Assembly: GCA_951406725.2 (NCBI GenBank)
Contig: OX597816.1
Location: forward strand, 56,234,001 to 56,298,000
Direction of reading: 5' to 3'
Length of the DNA stretch: 64,000 nucleotides
From: Octopus vulgaris
Taxonomy: Eukaryota
Positions 25,215 to 39,300 of the stretch are shown one piece after another. Both the position numbers and the translations under genes were made by a program. Each line of letters starts with the position of its first letter. Position 1 is the stretch's first letter. Below the pieces are notes generated by a model, which was not told the origin of the DNA, ran no database searches, and saw nothing but the letters and a program-made list of their open reading frames with translations.

Positions 25215-25905
25215 ATATACATGAAACGCATGCATATCTAAACGGTATGAAGCTAATCTGGTGTTATTCTAATCCAATAAGGAGATCAGAAGCAAAAGCT
25301 GCAATGTAAAATACATGATTGGTTTCTTTAAACATTCCAATACCCACGCGCGCACTTGTTCACACGCATACACACACACGAAAACATACGCACACACACA
25401 CACACACACATACACACAGATATATAAAACTGTATACCTACAATCACAAATCCTTAAATAGTTTTATGAACACTATATGTGTCTGTGCGTGTGTGCGTAG
25501 GTGTGTGCGTAGGTGTGTGTGTGTGTGTGCGTGTGTGTGTGTGCATGTGCATGTGTGTGACTGATATAAACATACACGCACACTCACACAGAAGCACACA
25601 CACATGACCATACACACACAGCCTTCACCCTCCACCCACCTACGCATTTCGATGATAAAGTTATTACATCGAAGATTGATCTTGAAAGAATCGTATTGAT
25701 GGCAGAAGGTCGAAAATGGTGGTCGTGGTGGATCGGAGAAGAGAGGTGTGATAAAGTGATATGGCTTCAAACACCCTATTACATACACATCTACACAAGT
25801 ACAACCACTTTAATCTTCAAGAAGACAACTTACAAGGTAAACATAGACATTCACTAACAGCCAAACACACAGATATACAAACTTCTCATACAAATATTAC
25901 ATATA

Positions 25906-26036
25906 CAGGGTGTCCCAAAAAAATGTATACACACCTTAAATAATTGTAAATTTGTTATTCTTTGTAAGCCTAGTACTTATTCTATCGTTCTCTTTTGCTG
26001 AACCACTATGTGTATACATTTTTTTGGGACACCCTG
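25906..26036. mobile_element. Tc1/mariner-type MITE with SINE-derived interior
   Basis: 28-bp TIRs CAGGGTGTCCCAAAAAAATGTATACACA; TA on both sides. Confidence 0.9.
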
Positions 26037-26060
26037 TATATATATATATATATATATATA

Positions 26061-26479
26061 TTCTCTTTCTCTTTCTCTTTCACTTGTTTCAGTCATTTGA
26101 CTGCGGTCATGCTGGAGCACCGCCTTTAATCGAGCAACTCGACCCCGGGACTTATTCTTTGTAAGCCCAGTATTTATTCTATCGGTCTCTTTTTGCCGAA
26201 CCGCTAAGTGACGGGAACATAAACACACCAGCATCGGTTGTCAAGCAATGCTAGGGGGACAAACACAGACACACAAACATACAGACACATACATATATAT
26301 ATATATACATATATCCGACAGGCTTCTTTCAGTTTCCGTCTACCAAATCCACTCACAAGGGTTTGGTCGGCCCGAGGCTATAGCAGAAAACACTTGCCCA
26401 AGGTGCAACGCAGTGGGACTGAAACTGGAACCATGTGGTTGGTAAGCAAGCTACTTACCACACAGCCACTCCTGCGCCT
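26061..26479 (-). mobile_element. SINE family A, full length (an older partial copy follows at 26495-26700)
   Basis: Family homology. Confidence 0.93.
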
Positions 26480-26724
26480 ATATATATATATATTATACTT
26501 TACTTATTTCGATTCATTGGATAGCGACCATGCTGGGGTATCGTTTTCAAGAATTCTATGTCAAATGAATCGACTCCATTAATTTTTCTTTAGCTTGGTT
26601 CTTATTCTACCGAAATCTTTAGCCGAACCGCAAGGTCAGGGGGAAATAAACACACCAACACCGGTTGTCAAACGATAGTTGGGGGACAAACAAAGGTATA
26701 ACGAAATACATACATACAAAGACG

Positions 26725-26756
<32 letters not shown>

Positions 26757-27035
26757 CACTGCATGAAGTGGAAAATATTCCATCAGCATTGTCCAAATGA
26801 TGTTGGCATCGCCTTTAAGATACACCCAAAGCTTGGACCCCGTGCTATCCGCCCACCACATAAATCATAATCACATCACATAACAACAATACGGTACAAT
26901 TATTTCACCTCAATTGGCCCCGAGCTCTTTAACATTACACCAAAAATACATTAAACAGAAACAGACACCATAAAATTCAAGAAGTCTTCGGACAAATTCC
27001 TTCAAAAATTCCTGGATAAACAATATATATTCCCG
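26757..27035 (+). mobile_element. Internal fragment of the CR1-group LINE
   Basis: [32 protein letters not shown] matches the 23564-24877 ORF. Confidence 0.9.
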
Positions 27036-27066
27036 GATTACGATACATACATACATACATACATAC

Positions 27067-27265
27067 AAATCCCTAAAATACGAAGAAGAAACAAAAAAAA
27101 AAGCAACAAAGTGAGGACGTGGTACATGCAAAGTATTAGCAGACGCTCAGGGAAGGAGAGAAAGGTAGCTTTACGTTTCGAGCAAAGCTCTTCGTCAGAG
27201 TGCAAGATAAAAGCAAGACGGAGGAACAAAATCGCCAACGAGCCACATGTTGTTACATTTTGAAA
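27067..27265 (-). mobile_element. PLE-like HHR element, subfamily P1 (diverged)
   Basis: CTGACGA-A-GAGC-TTT-GCTC-GAAA-CGT-A at 27168-27202; helix I degraded; homologous to 37248-37460. Confidence 0.75.
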
Positions 27266-28225
27266 TATATACATGGGAACGTTGTTACTTGTCTCCAATT
27301 TGGATGAGAATATATAGAAAAAAAAAAGCATGTAATCCAATGAATAATAACAGACGATGGATAATTGGTCGGTGCCACAGGTTTATCCAACCCTACCTGG
27401 TACATATCATTTCAAGTCCCCGATTTTATCCGAATCCTCATTTTACAAAAAACGTACACACACGCGCGCGCATACACACACGAATACGCGGTTGGAAATT
27501 TTTTACCCGAAATTCCAATATCAAAAGTAACCTCTAAATTCCGAAAGATTATTGAATGCTGACATGACACGCTACAAACGGGGAATTGGCCTAAATCCTG
27601 GGAACATTCTAACTAATACAACTGTTGTGTGCCGTATTGACACATGCGTTTCTAAGTAGTGAACATCACGTTTTGTTGTTGTTGCTGTTGTTGTTGTTGT
27701 TGTTGTTGCTGCTGCTGCTGCTGTTGATTATTCAAAAAACGTTCCTACGTGGGATCTGGATATCACCTCAACGCATGAGTGTGTAACATGACGAGTCTCG
27801 TTGCTTGTGCATTATTTTAAAAATGAAATACTAACATTTCCTCTCTCCAGTTTTCATTTTATTTACCAGGAATCAAGTTCAAAGCTTTACTTCTGCACCT
27901 ACCTTTCACAAAACCTAATACCTGTAGAGTGAAATATAAAATACGAATGGCAAACCTGTTCTGTAACCTTTTAATGAAAACACGACGTCACAGGTGGAGA
28001 GTGATATCTTAGCTTTCTTAAGATATTATGAATAAAATTCATTAAAATTCAAGACAATAAATTCTGAGTCTAGGAATAAGAGATATTATGAAGTATAAAT
28101 AAATAAGTATTGTATTTAGATTTGGGTCCCGTCCCCAACATGTCCCCTTTTGTTGAGGCAAATAATAAAATACTCCGAAATCTAACTGAGGCTCTACTCT
28201 ATGTATGTCTATGTGTGTGTATGTA

Positions 28226-28256
<31 letters not shown>

Positions 28257-28578
28257 TTGAGAGAGAGAGAGAGTATGTGTGTGTGCATGTGTTTATTTCT
28301 GCCTATGTGTTCGTGTTTTACCCACATACATATAAACGTATATACACATACATATCAGTTGAATAAGGTTAAAGCACGGTCTGGTTTTCACGCTTTTTAT
28401 TATGATATCTTAATGTTAAAAAATATATTTTGTAATGCTCATAAAGTTAAATTAGCGCTTTCATGCATAGAGTAATTATCAGATAGCAAATGTGTATAAC
28501 TGACAGTTGAGTTCTTGACAACTTTACAACATTTGTATATATATATATATATATATATTTACATATATATATATATTT

Positions 28579-28787
28579 AAAAATGTGACCGCGTGTGTAC
28601 CGTTGGCGATTTTTTTCCCTCTGTCTTCCCTTCTCTGGATTTTTCCTTCTCTTATGTTTCCGACGAAGAGCTCCGCTCGAAACGTTAAACCCTCCTTCTT
28701 CCCTTCTTTCCTGGGCGTCCAATAATACTATATTTGTTCCACGTCCTCGCGTTGTTGTGTTTTCTCTTTGTGTTTTCATGTTTGGAT

Positions 28788-28791
<4 letters not shown>
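28579..28791 (+). mobile_element. PLE-like HHR element, subfamily P1
   Basis: GTTT-CCGACGA-A-GAGC-TCC-GCTC-GAAA-CGT-T-AAAC at 28656-28690 (U4>C); close match to 37248-37460; TA runs on both sides. Confidence 0.85.
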
Positions 28792-28836
<45 letters not shown>

Positions 28837-30076
28837 TAAGGAAGACGGTAGGGAATATAATTTTTGTATGACTTAATGGTCTGGTTGCTTTTTAGTTATG
28901 TATTTAGGAGTTGGTTGTAATTTACTTATTGAATTTATTTACCAATACCGTTCTACATAGGGCAAATGTATTTGAAAGTTGTGGTTTCTTTAGTATGTTT
29001 GTTCCCAAACAACACTTATTTTAGTGCTGTTGACACCGCCGGATTGAATGGTCTTGCCCAGGTGTCGAAACCATAATGATATCCGTGGGACAGCTGATGA
29101 TGGAGGTATGATGGATTGTTGTATGGCTGTTTTTGTATATGTGGAATAGTATTATAGCACATCCTTTTGATACATACATACACACATATATATATACATA
29201 CATATATACATATAATTATATATATATATATATATATATACGTGTGTGTATGTGTGTGTGTGTTTGTGTGCGCGTGTGTGTGTACATACATACATATATA
29301 TATATATATATGTATATTAATTAAAGGACATACTGAGTATGTCTATATGCTAGAAATAACAGTCACAACTCTTATTTAAATCGCCAAAATACACTGATAA
29401 TAACAGAGTCAATGATATCTTCACAAATTATCTTTTCGCGAATTATCTTTCTCGTCAAAAATTTGCTCCGAAAAATAAATGTATATAGATATAATATAAC
29501 ACACATACAACAGTATATAAATATTTTCACAAATATATACTACATAAACATATAACGCATGCAATGTATGTATTATACGCAGTCTTTCTTTTATGCTTTT
29601 CAGCGCAAAAGCTGTAGCCATGCTGGAGCACCGCCAGTATTATCCCCTCTTCAATGGTAATACTTTTGTGATTGACTTTTAATGAAGGAGCGAGTTTGAT
29701 AATACTGCGATCTTTTGAGTCTCTTGTAGTGATGAAGTTTCCCGACATCTCAGTAACAGAAGGTCAAGTTATTTCTTGAAAACATCTACCCCCCCCCCCC
29801 ATACACACACAACACGTAGATCTCAGTTTTTTTGTTTGTTTTTTTTTTGCAAATTATTAAAGAGCTGTGAATCTCAAGATATTACAGTAAATATTACTTT
29901 GGACAGGATGAGTGGGACCTTTGAAACATTGCAGTGAAGTCCAGTTCGGTGACTAGTATAATTTTCGATGCCAAAGTTTGGTACCAGCCCCTCCAGGAAT
30001 TTTCATATGCGTATCCCTGCATACCTCTGCAGGCTGAAGAGTTGTAGTTCTTTCAGTCACTCGCAGTAACTCAGAT

Positions 30077-30297
30077 ACTCTTTACTCTTTTACTTGTTTC
30101 AGTCATTTGACTGCGGCCATGCTGGAGCACCGTTTTTAGTCGAGCAATTCGACCCCGGGACTTATTCTTTGTAAGCCCAGTACTTATTCTATCGGTCTCT
30201 TTTACCGAACCGCTAAGTGACGGGGACGTAAACACACCAGCTTCGGTTGTCAAGCAATGCTAGGGGGACAAACACAGACACACAAACATATACATAA

Positions 30298-30344
<47 letters not shown>

Positions 30345-30523
30345 TATATACATATATACGACGAGGCTTCTTTCAGTTTCCGTCTACCTAATCCACTCAC
30401 AAGGCATTGGTCGGCCCGGGGCTATAGCAGAAGACACTTGCCCAAGATGCCACGCAGTGGAACTGAACCCGGAACCATGTGGTTGGTAAGCAAGCTACTT
30501 ACCACACAGCCACTCCTGCGCCT
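30077..30523 (-). mobile_element. SINE family A, full length
   Basis: Family homology. Confidence 0.93.
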
Positions 30524-30947
30524 TTTGATTAAATCTTTCAGGTGTAACACCGCTGAACAACCTCAAGTTCCACTATTAATTTGACTCAATGGCCTGACCG
30601 TGATTGAGAACAGTAGTCTAGCCGCCTGAAGGCAAATGTTCTCCATAGGATCAGCATAGTTTCCTGCTCGATTATTCTGAAAGCATTTGGAACCTATCCG
30701 GTCATTCGCCGGCATATTACCACCATGTTGAGGATATGTCCGTGAAACGTGGAATCGTTCCTCCTATAAATCCCCCGGTTCCGAATTTTGTTTGCCTCTG
30801 AGACTCCCTTTTCGTCCAAAGTATTTTTGTTGCGGCGCGTGAAAGCATGCTGGGTGATAGTGGAGTATATGGAATATGTGGGAGGAAAGCGAATGTGTCT
30901 ATCTGTATGTGTGTGTATATGTATGTAACAAGTAAAAGAATGAAAGA

Positions 30948-31003
<56 letters not shown>

Positions 31004-31007
<4 letters not shown>

Positions 31008-31573
31008 AGCAAGCAGGATATCCAGAGGTGATGCTGTACGATCGTTTCAAGCGACACCATTTAATTGAATAATGCAATCATTACATCAATTTAAATTCAG
31101 AGCTATCCTCAGCTGCATAAATAAAGAAAATAGAATTTATTTAATCAGTCGGAAACATTTGTATAATTTCACCTAAATCCTCTTAGAGAGTAAGAAGACA
31201 GACAAGCTAGATCGCTAACAGGTCTTTCCCGAAGCCTTATTAGCTTCTAAGTTAAAGTGAATACAGTATGGACGTTGTCTTCTTACCCTCTTAGAGCATT
31301 TATGTAAAATTATACAAATGTGTCCGACTGATTAAATAAATTCTATTTATTTATTTATGCAACTGAGGATAGCTCTGCATTTAAATTGATGTAATGATTG
31401 CATTGCTCAATTCAATGGAGCCGCTTGAAACGGTCGTACTGCATCACCTCTGGGTATCCGGTTGCTTATTTTGATTTTATTCACCTTATTAGAAACTGTA
31501 CGGATAATTCCGCACTAATTTTTGGTGCCTCAACTTAAGTACCTAATTCATCTGAATCTAAGTTATTTTGCTC
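31004..31573 (+). mobile_element. Foldback PLE-like element, family P3: inverted arms 31004-31200 and 31276-31470 plus a 3' tail; HHR in each arm
   Basis: Arms are reverse-complementary; right-arm HHR ATGCAA-CTGAGGA-TAGC..GCTT-GAAA-CGGTCG-TA^CTGCAT at 31357-31444; (TA)n on both flanks. Confidence 0.85.
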
Positions 31574-31659
<86 letters not shown>

Positions 31660-31700
31660 AATATGTAATATATATGCATATTCATATATGTATATTATAG

Positions 31701-31886
31701 ATGCCATGATAGATCGTTAGCTACTACACACATTTTTTTTCTCTCCTTGTTCTTTTCTGTGTATCTTTCTGTAGAAGAGCGTAGGCTCGAAATGTAAAAG
31801 ACTTCTATTCCTGAGCGCTATACTAATACATTTGTTTGTTTGTACACCACCTGCCTTCGTCTTTTGTTTATTTTCGTAAACTTTCC

Positions 31887-31890
<4 letters not shown>
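31701..31890 (+). mobile_element. PLE-like HHR element, subfamily P2
   Basis: TCTTT-CTGTAGA-A-GAGC-GTAG-GCTC-GAAA-TGT-A-AAAGA at 31764-31801; 3' end abuts (TA)n. Confidence 0.8.
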
Positions 31891-31944
<54 letters not shown>

Positions 31945-32029
31945 GCATGTTTATATATATACAAATATACATTCATACATATACATCTATATGAACATGA
32001 GCAAATAGTAAAATAAACTGACATAGTTA

Positions 32030-32315
32030 CAATGACGGGTGTTCCAGCTCATTCGATCAATGGAAGATTAACAGGCACGTGGCTGAGTACTCCACAGATG
32101 TGTACCCTTAACATAGTTCTCAAAGAGATCCAACGTGAGACAGAGTGCGGGGGGAAAGGTGCCTGGTCCTTTGAAATACAAGTGCAACACAATTACTGCT
32201 GGGTGAGTACACTAGAACACTGTGAAATAAAGACTCAACGCGCCGCCAAGAATCGAACTCACGACATTACGATCATAAGCCGAATACCTTATCCACTAAG
32301 CTACGTGCCTTCACT
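32030..32315 (-). mobile_element. SINE family C variant
   Basis: Homologous to 49123-49430. Confidence 0.75.
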
Positions 32316-32840
32316 ATACACATATATACAAACAGACAGACAGACAGACAGACACAGGTGCGCATGTACCTACACACAAACATACCAACACAGAACCATT
32401 CAAAGTATACAAATATACATATACATAAACAAACGTACAACTATATTAATGCGTGCATATTTACATACTCGTACACACATATACATGCATATACACATGC
32501 GCACGTAGACACAAATTCAAGCACTTAAGCGAATGTTTTAGAGCAAAACTGATTCCAGTGACTGGAATTTCATCTTTCGAATTATCAATTCGTACAATCT
32601 GATAGCTGGTAAGAGAATACATAGACTATATTTAATGTAATCCCCATTCCATGCGTGCCAATATATGTGTACGTGTGTGAGTATGTGTGTGTGTATACAT
32701 ATATATATATATTTATTTATGTATGTATATATACACATATAGATATGTATATATAGATATGTTTAAGCAATTATCTATACATATATGCGTATACATGCAT
32801 TTATGTACATAAACGTATATATATATATATATATATATAA

Positions 32841-32901
<61 letters not shown>

Positions 32902-32981
32902 TATATATACATATATATATATATATGCAGCCAGGCAGACATTATATATATATATATGTACATGCATTTATATATATATAT

Positions 32982-33012
<31 letters not shown>

Positions 33013-33673
33013 ACATGCATATATATACGTGCGTGTTTGTATGCATGTATGTATGTACTTGTACATGAACACATATGCACGTGTGAGTATGTGTATGTAT
33101 GTATCGTGATTGTTGTCTCGAAGATGCGCACCACAAAAATATAAAGCTAAGTAATCGTATGACAGAAGATATTCCAATAATTCTGTAGTAACATCCATAA
33201 TCTTTTTTTTTTATGACTAGAAAATAAATCAAAAGCACCATCAAATCAAGAACTCCACACAAGCAGCCGCAGGCTTTTCTCAGATTTTCCCCGGTATTCC
33301 AATAGGATTACAACTGCAAGAACACTTGTTCTCTTTATCTTTAGTCCTTTGGGAAACCTTCTGCACTGTGCCAATAAGTGATCAACATTGTAGAGTAACA
33401 AACGCATTAAATGCCAATCAATAGAGCTACAAATTTGTCTTTATCACTATAGTCGAAACTACACTAGAGTGGACAGATTTACGGCTGTGACGTTAAAAAG
33501 ATCAGCCCACTATCTTTTGGAGCAGGACTCGATCCTACATCTTGGTAGCTTTTACGCATAGCTATGAACTATAGCCTTGGGTCGATTAATATGTTGTCTC
33601 CTGAATCTCGGTAACGTAAACTATGCCGGAAACTATTCAATATGTCTGTGCGTTGCGTTTGTTTGTGTGTGAG

Positions 33674-33779
<106 letters not shown>

Positions 33780-35368
33780 CATATATACATACATACCTGT
33801 AATTATTGGGGATTTGCTATATGTAACACACTACCTAAGTACCAAACTTGAAAAGTTAGGCTTTTCAAAACTACAAAGGAGAAAGTTAATTCAAAGACTA
33901 CAGATCCAATCCACCACAGGAACTGTAAAAATATGTAAAACTTTCCAGAAGTATAGCATTTAAATATATATATATATTTATGAGCATGTCTAGGTATTTA
34001 ACTACATGCATGAGGATACATACATAAAACATACAAATCTGCACATACATACATGCATACATACACACATACATACACACACACACACACACATACATAC
34101 ATACATACATACATACATACATACATACATACATACATACATACATACATACATACATACATACATACATACATACATACTTGCATGCATACATACAAAC
34201 AAAATACTCTGTTGTTAATGTTTAAATTCCAATGAAGGAGCCTTGGATTTAGGTTACGAACCGGTTCATTCTCTATTGACAAGAAATCTTGAAACAAACT
34301 GAATAATACTAATAATATACATTCATACATGTTCAAGAATGCATACGCACGCTAACATACACGCACGCCTACACATGTATATCTGGGAATTGTGCCACAC
34401 GAAAGAAGGAGGAGTGCTCTACAACACATGGTGGCGGTGGTGGTGAGGCTGGGGGGTTGGCTGTGGTGGTGGTGGTGGTGGTGGGGGTGTTTGTTATTTC
34501 AGGGAAAATTGTGCTCTGCCTCTATCAAATCGAGCGACACACAGCAAAGTTTCGCTCTGTTAGTGTACATACATATAACTGTGCTTGTTTAACAATGATG
34601 AACATCGATTTTCTCAGGTAAAATACATTACAATGAGTTTCCCAACAGTTATATGTTTATTTGATAACAGCAGGAAAATAAGAGAGGACAGTTAATGACC
34701 GATTGCTACAGTTAATGGCTGATTGCTATATTTTAGGGAAAATCTCGTGAGTTAAACTATTTCGAGAAAGCAAAACAAAATGGAAGCAAACTTGGAGAAA
34801 GATGAGTTAATAACGGAGAGGAAGGGGGGTATTATAAGATGGGGGGAGGGGAGATAGGGAGAGAGAGGAGAGGAGGGGTAGAAAGGGGAAGATTTGAGGA
34901 AGCGAAGGAAAGAGATAAAACAATTGAGAAAAGTTGAAAAATGTTGGAGGAATGAGGAAAAGGGGTTGGTATATTTATGATAATAATAGTATTGAAACTA
35001 GGCATCAAGGGTTGGAGTGGGACATAGGGTGGTGGGAAATGAATATAACACAAACTGTGAGAAAGCTGGCATTTCTCAAAGGGGTCTTGTCAGCTTTTTA
35101 ACTATTTAATATAGGCAATCAGTTATATTAAGCCGGTGAGTTGGCAGGGTCGTTAGCACACCGGACAAAAAGCTTAGCGGCATTTCGCCAGTCATAATGT
35201 TCTGAGTTCAAATTGGCACACCCCAAAAATACAACAAGCTTTCATGCAGTTTCTGCCCAACATAATCACCTTTAAGGCATTGGTCATTCCAAGGGCACAG
35301 CAGAAGGGTCTTATCCACAGTCACACAAACATGCCTACACACACTCACACATATATACATACATACAT

Positions 35369-35548
35369 AGGCGCAGGAGTGGCTGTTTGGTAAGTAGCTT
35401 GTTTACCAACTACATGATTCCGGGTTCAGTCCCACTGCGTGGTACCTTGGACAAGTGTCTTCTACTATAGCCTCGGGTCAACCAAAGCCTTGTGAATGGA
35501 TTTGGTAGCCGGAAACTGAAAGAAGCCCGTCGTATATATATAAATATC

Positions 35549-35631
<83 letters not shown>

Positions 35632-35848
35632 GTATGTTTGTGTGTCTGTGTTTGTCCCCCTAGCATTGCTTGACAACCGATGCGGGTGTGTTTATGTCCC
35701 CGTCACTTAGCGGTTCGGCAAAAGAGACCGATAGAATATGTACTGGGCTTTCAAAGAATAAGTTCCGGGGTCGAGTTGCTCGATTAAAGGCGGTGCTCCG
35801 GCATGGCCGCAGTCAAATGACTGAAGCAAGTAAAAAAGTAAAAGAGTA
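35369..35848 (+). mobile_element. SINE family A, full length, with expanded internal (TG)n
   Basis: aggcgcaggagtggct head through gactgaagcaagtaaaaaagtaaaagag tail. Confidence 0.93.
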
Positions 35849-36264
35849 TACATTTATGTATGTATACGTGCACACCTATACATACATAAATGTATGTATG
35901 TATATATGTGTGTGTTTCTCTGCGTGTATTTACATATATAGACATTTATCCATTTATTTATATATACATACACTCTTAATATATGCGTGTGTATGTGTAT
36001 GTGTGAGAGAGAGAGAGAGAGAAAAAAAGAGAGGGCAGTGAGACAGAGAGAGAAGCTAAGTTCGTACCAGTATTTATCTGTGCATGTATGTGCTGATTGC
36101 TGCTGTTATTCTAGTCGAAACCCCTCGTCTCAAATGTTCTCTGGTCTTCTAAGAATACCGACTTTCCTTTAAGCGTATCTTAATTCAGACAAGTTCTTCG
36201 TTTATTGAGATTATCTGCCCTTTTCGATCGTTGTTGTCTTTAATTGCCGCAAGGTGTTAGTTTG

Positions 36265-36712
36265 TTATTTCTTTACTGCCCACAAGGAGCTACACACAGA
36301 GGGGACAAACAAGGACGGACAAGCGGATTAAGTCGATTATATCGACCCCGGTGCTTAACTGGTACTTATTTAATCGACCTCGAAAGGATGAAAGGCAAAG
36401 TCAACCTCGGCGGATTTGAACTCAGAACGTAGCGGCACACGAAATACCACTAAGCATGTCGCTCGGCGTGCTAACGTTTCTTGTTTCTTTATTGCCCACA
36501 AGGGGCTAAACATAGAGGGGCACAAACAAGGACAGAAAAACGGATTAAGTCGAATACATCGACCCCAGTGCGTAACTGGTACTTAATTTATCGACCGAAA
36601 GGATGAAAGGCAAAGTCGACCTCGGCGGAATTTGAACTCAGAACGTAACGGCAGACAAAATACCGTTTAGCATTTCGCCCAGCCTGCTAACGTTTCTGCC
36701 TACTCGCCGCCT
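36265..36712 (-). mobile_element. SINE family B tandem dimer
   Basis: Two consecutive copies; flanked by the direct repeat cgcaaggtgttagtttgt (36248-36265 and 36715-36733), a probable TSD. Confidence 0.9.
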
Positions 36713-37247
36713 TTCGCAAGGTGTTAGTTTGTATTCCCAAAAAGCGAACAAATTAACAATCAATCACGAATTTATCATATAGCTGCTTACTCTTTAGACG
36801 AACATGACCCTCACTGATAAGTGTTATAAGTCATCAGTGCTCATGCGTGCGTCTTATGTTGGGTGCAGCTTCACAGTTCCACATCGACTCTCACTAGGAA
36901 TACGAAGACACCCAGAGACAAGCAAAGTGTAATATATCTGGCTCAGTAGAGCGCTTGTTTTCAACACACAAGTTAGCCTTTTTCCGAGGGGAATGCCTTG
37001 ACAAATATTAGAGGTCCTTCATTCCCAGTCGGTCTACTGCGCTTTCGGATACCGAATGGAGTAGTATTTCTATACCGCTGCGCATGCCTGCCTGGAATAC
37101 ATATATACATACATATAAACACGTTACTGGAGGGCCGTTGACGCTCTTGAGTTCCTCCGCCTGTGTATACATATGTGTGTGTATGTGTACGTGTATGTAC
37201 ATACATATGCACATATATATGTATCTGTATATATATATATATATAAA

Positions 37248-37460
37248 GTTAATCCAAACATGAAAACACAAAGAGAAAACACAACAACGCAAGGACGTGA
37301 AACAAATATAGTATTATTGGACGCTCAGGAAGGAAGGGAAGAAGGAGGGTTTAACGTTTCGAGCGGAGCTCTTCGTCAGAAACATAGGAAAAGGAAAGAT
37401 CCAGAGAAGGGAAGACGGAGGGGAAAAAATCGCCAACGGTACACACGCGGTCACATTTTG
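37248..37460 (-). mobile_element. PLE-like HHR element, subfamily P1, best-preserved copy
   Basis: Homologous to 28579-28791; 3' end abuts (TA)n. Confidence 0.85.
37349..37383 (-). ncRNA. Minimal type-I hammerhead ribozyme with intact core
   Basis: GTTT-CTGACGA-A-GAGC-TCC-GCTC-GAAA-CG-TT^AAAC; helix I GTTT/AAAC; palindromic ACGT helix III. Confidence 0.78.
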
Positions 37461-37509
37461 AATGTACATTTTGAATGTACATTTTGAATATACATACATG
37501 CGTGTGTGA

Positions 37510-37540
<31 letters not shown>

Positions 37541-38999
37541 CAGACAGATAGGCAGATAACAAATAATATTTTCTTAATATATGTTACCAGTGAATATTAA
37601 TGTTTGATAATTCATCTGAAATTTAATCCTTTATAATCCTCACCCAAACCATTGGCTGCGTTTCAACTGTAAAACACTGCAAACATATGTATTGAAAGGA
37701 AGTCGCGACAGAAAACCGCCATTGCAGCAAACTAGCTTTACAACACTTCTCTTCAAACATAAACGTATAACATTATCTTTACTCTTTAGAAGTATATGAT
37801 ATATCGATTTATTCTATGTACAAATAGAAAGCTTTAGATCTAAACATATTCCATAAGGAAAACAATGAATATTTGATATATAACTACGCCATATTGCCAG
37901 TCAAACAACGTCATATTTTGGAAGTAAAACGTAATTATGTGGTCACGAATATGATGTTAAAATATATCAGAGAGAAGTTTGGATTTTGAGAATCTGCAGA
38001 GAGAAAAAAAAATTAGGTAACAGTGTGGGTGTGCCAAGAAAAGGTTTCAATCCCCAATTGGGAAATATTTTTAGTTTTATTTTCTTCATAATATCTTATC
38101 GATGTTTTCATACCTCTCCTCACAGATGCGGATATTTGTGAAGAGTCAATATTGTACAAAAACAGCACGAGGTCTTCAGAGAAGAAGCTTCCCACATGCC
38201 AGAGCGTCGACCCTTAAAGAAGGTAAGGGGTAAAACACTCGCCTGAAGACTTTCTGCTATTCAGCTCTCCCTAGACTTTCTTAATATCATAGAGAAGTTT
38301 AGATTTTGAACTAAATGTTGCAAAGAAAATATTAAAAGATAGCAATGAGGCAAGTCAATGACAAGACTTTAACCCCACGCTGCCCCGCCCTGGTTGCTGA
38401 ATACTTAGTTTTATTTTCCAGAAAATATCCCTATTCGGAACTTTCCAACGTCATAATCCTTCTCTTCATAGACCTGAATATTTGTGAGGGATAATAAAAA
38501 CTGTACAAGTTTGGTATAGAGAAAGGAGAAAACCGTTTTGATTTCAGTAAGTTCCTGAATCCCAGCTTATTGGTGTCATTACCAACATCCTTGGACTTCA
38601 TCATATTAAATCTTTCTGTCTCCTTATTGACCGATAGAATATTCCGTAGAAACAGATAAAAAGAGTTGCATTCTTCCAACTCACAGAAACGCGCACAATA
38701 TTTGGTCTTAAAGTTTGTAAAGCTATGACGACCTATAAATATCGATAGAAGTCATTTGTAATGCTTATGATTTCGTAATGAGGATTTACATGGAAATATA
38801 ACTCAATAGTCATCTATTTATCATACTTAATGTAGAGACACCCTTGGCAAGTCTGATACTGGGGCTTTTCTCCAACAGAAAATCTATTCATATATAGGAA
38901 CCAGACAAACATCGTCCCAGCAATGAGCCACGAGAATGTTAGACGTGTTTCGGCTTCTTTGATCAATGACCTGTACCTCCTCGCCAATCATACACCGAG

Positions 39000-39300
39000 A
39001 CGAAAAGCTTGGTGTACGCTATTGAAACAACATTAAGTGAATACTGTTCCAGTTGCCATTAATGTTTGACAGGTGCCACAGTCATCATGCTTGGAAGTCA
39101 AAACAGATTTGTCGTTCTCGCCAGTCACTGCATCACGCCTGTCAATGATGTATATATATTAATTATGATACAGGGAGGGATATTTTAATTTAAATATGTC
39201 TCAACTGCGAACACCGCCAATGATTATCTACAGCCAACACTCGCTATACTGCCCATTAAAGCTTTTTCTCTGCAGCATTTGGTTTCAAAATCCAGTTTTC
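39000..39300 (+). pseudogene. hAT (Buster/Charlie-type) transposase fossil
   Basis: TGATVIMLGSQNRFVVLA-SHCI resembles TDGAxAMLGxxSGF...THCI. Confidence 0.45.

Noticed and set aside
38431-38679. ORF faintly like an hAT dimerisation domain
   Set aside because: Similarity too weak, and on the opposite strand to the nearby hAT remnant
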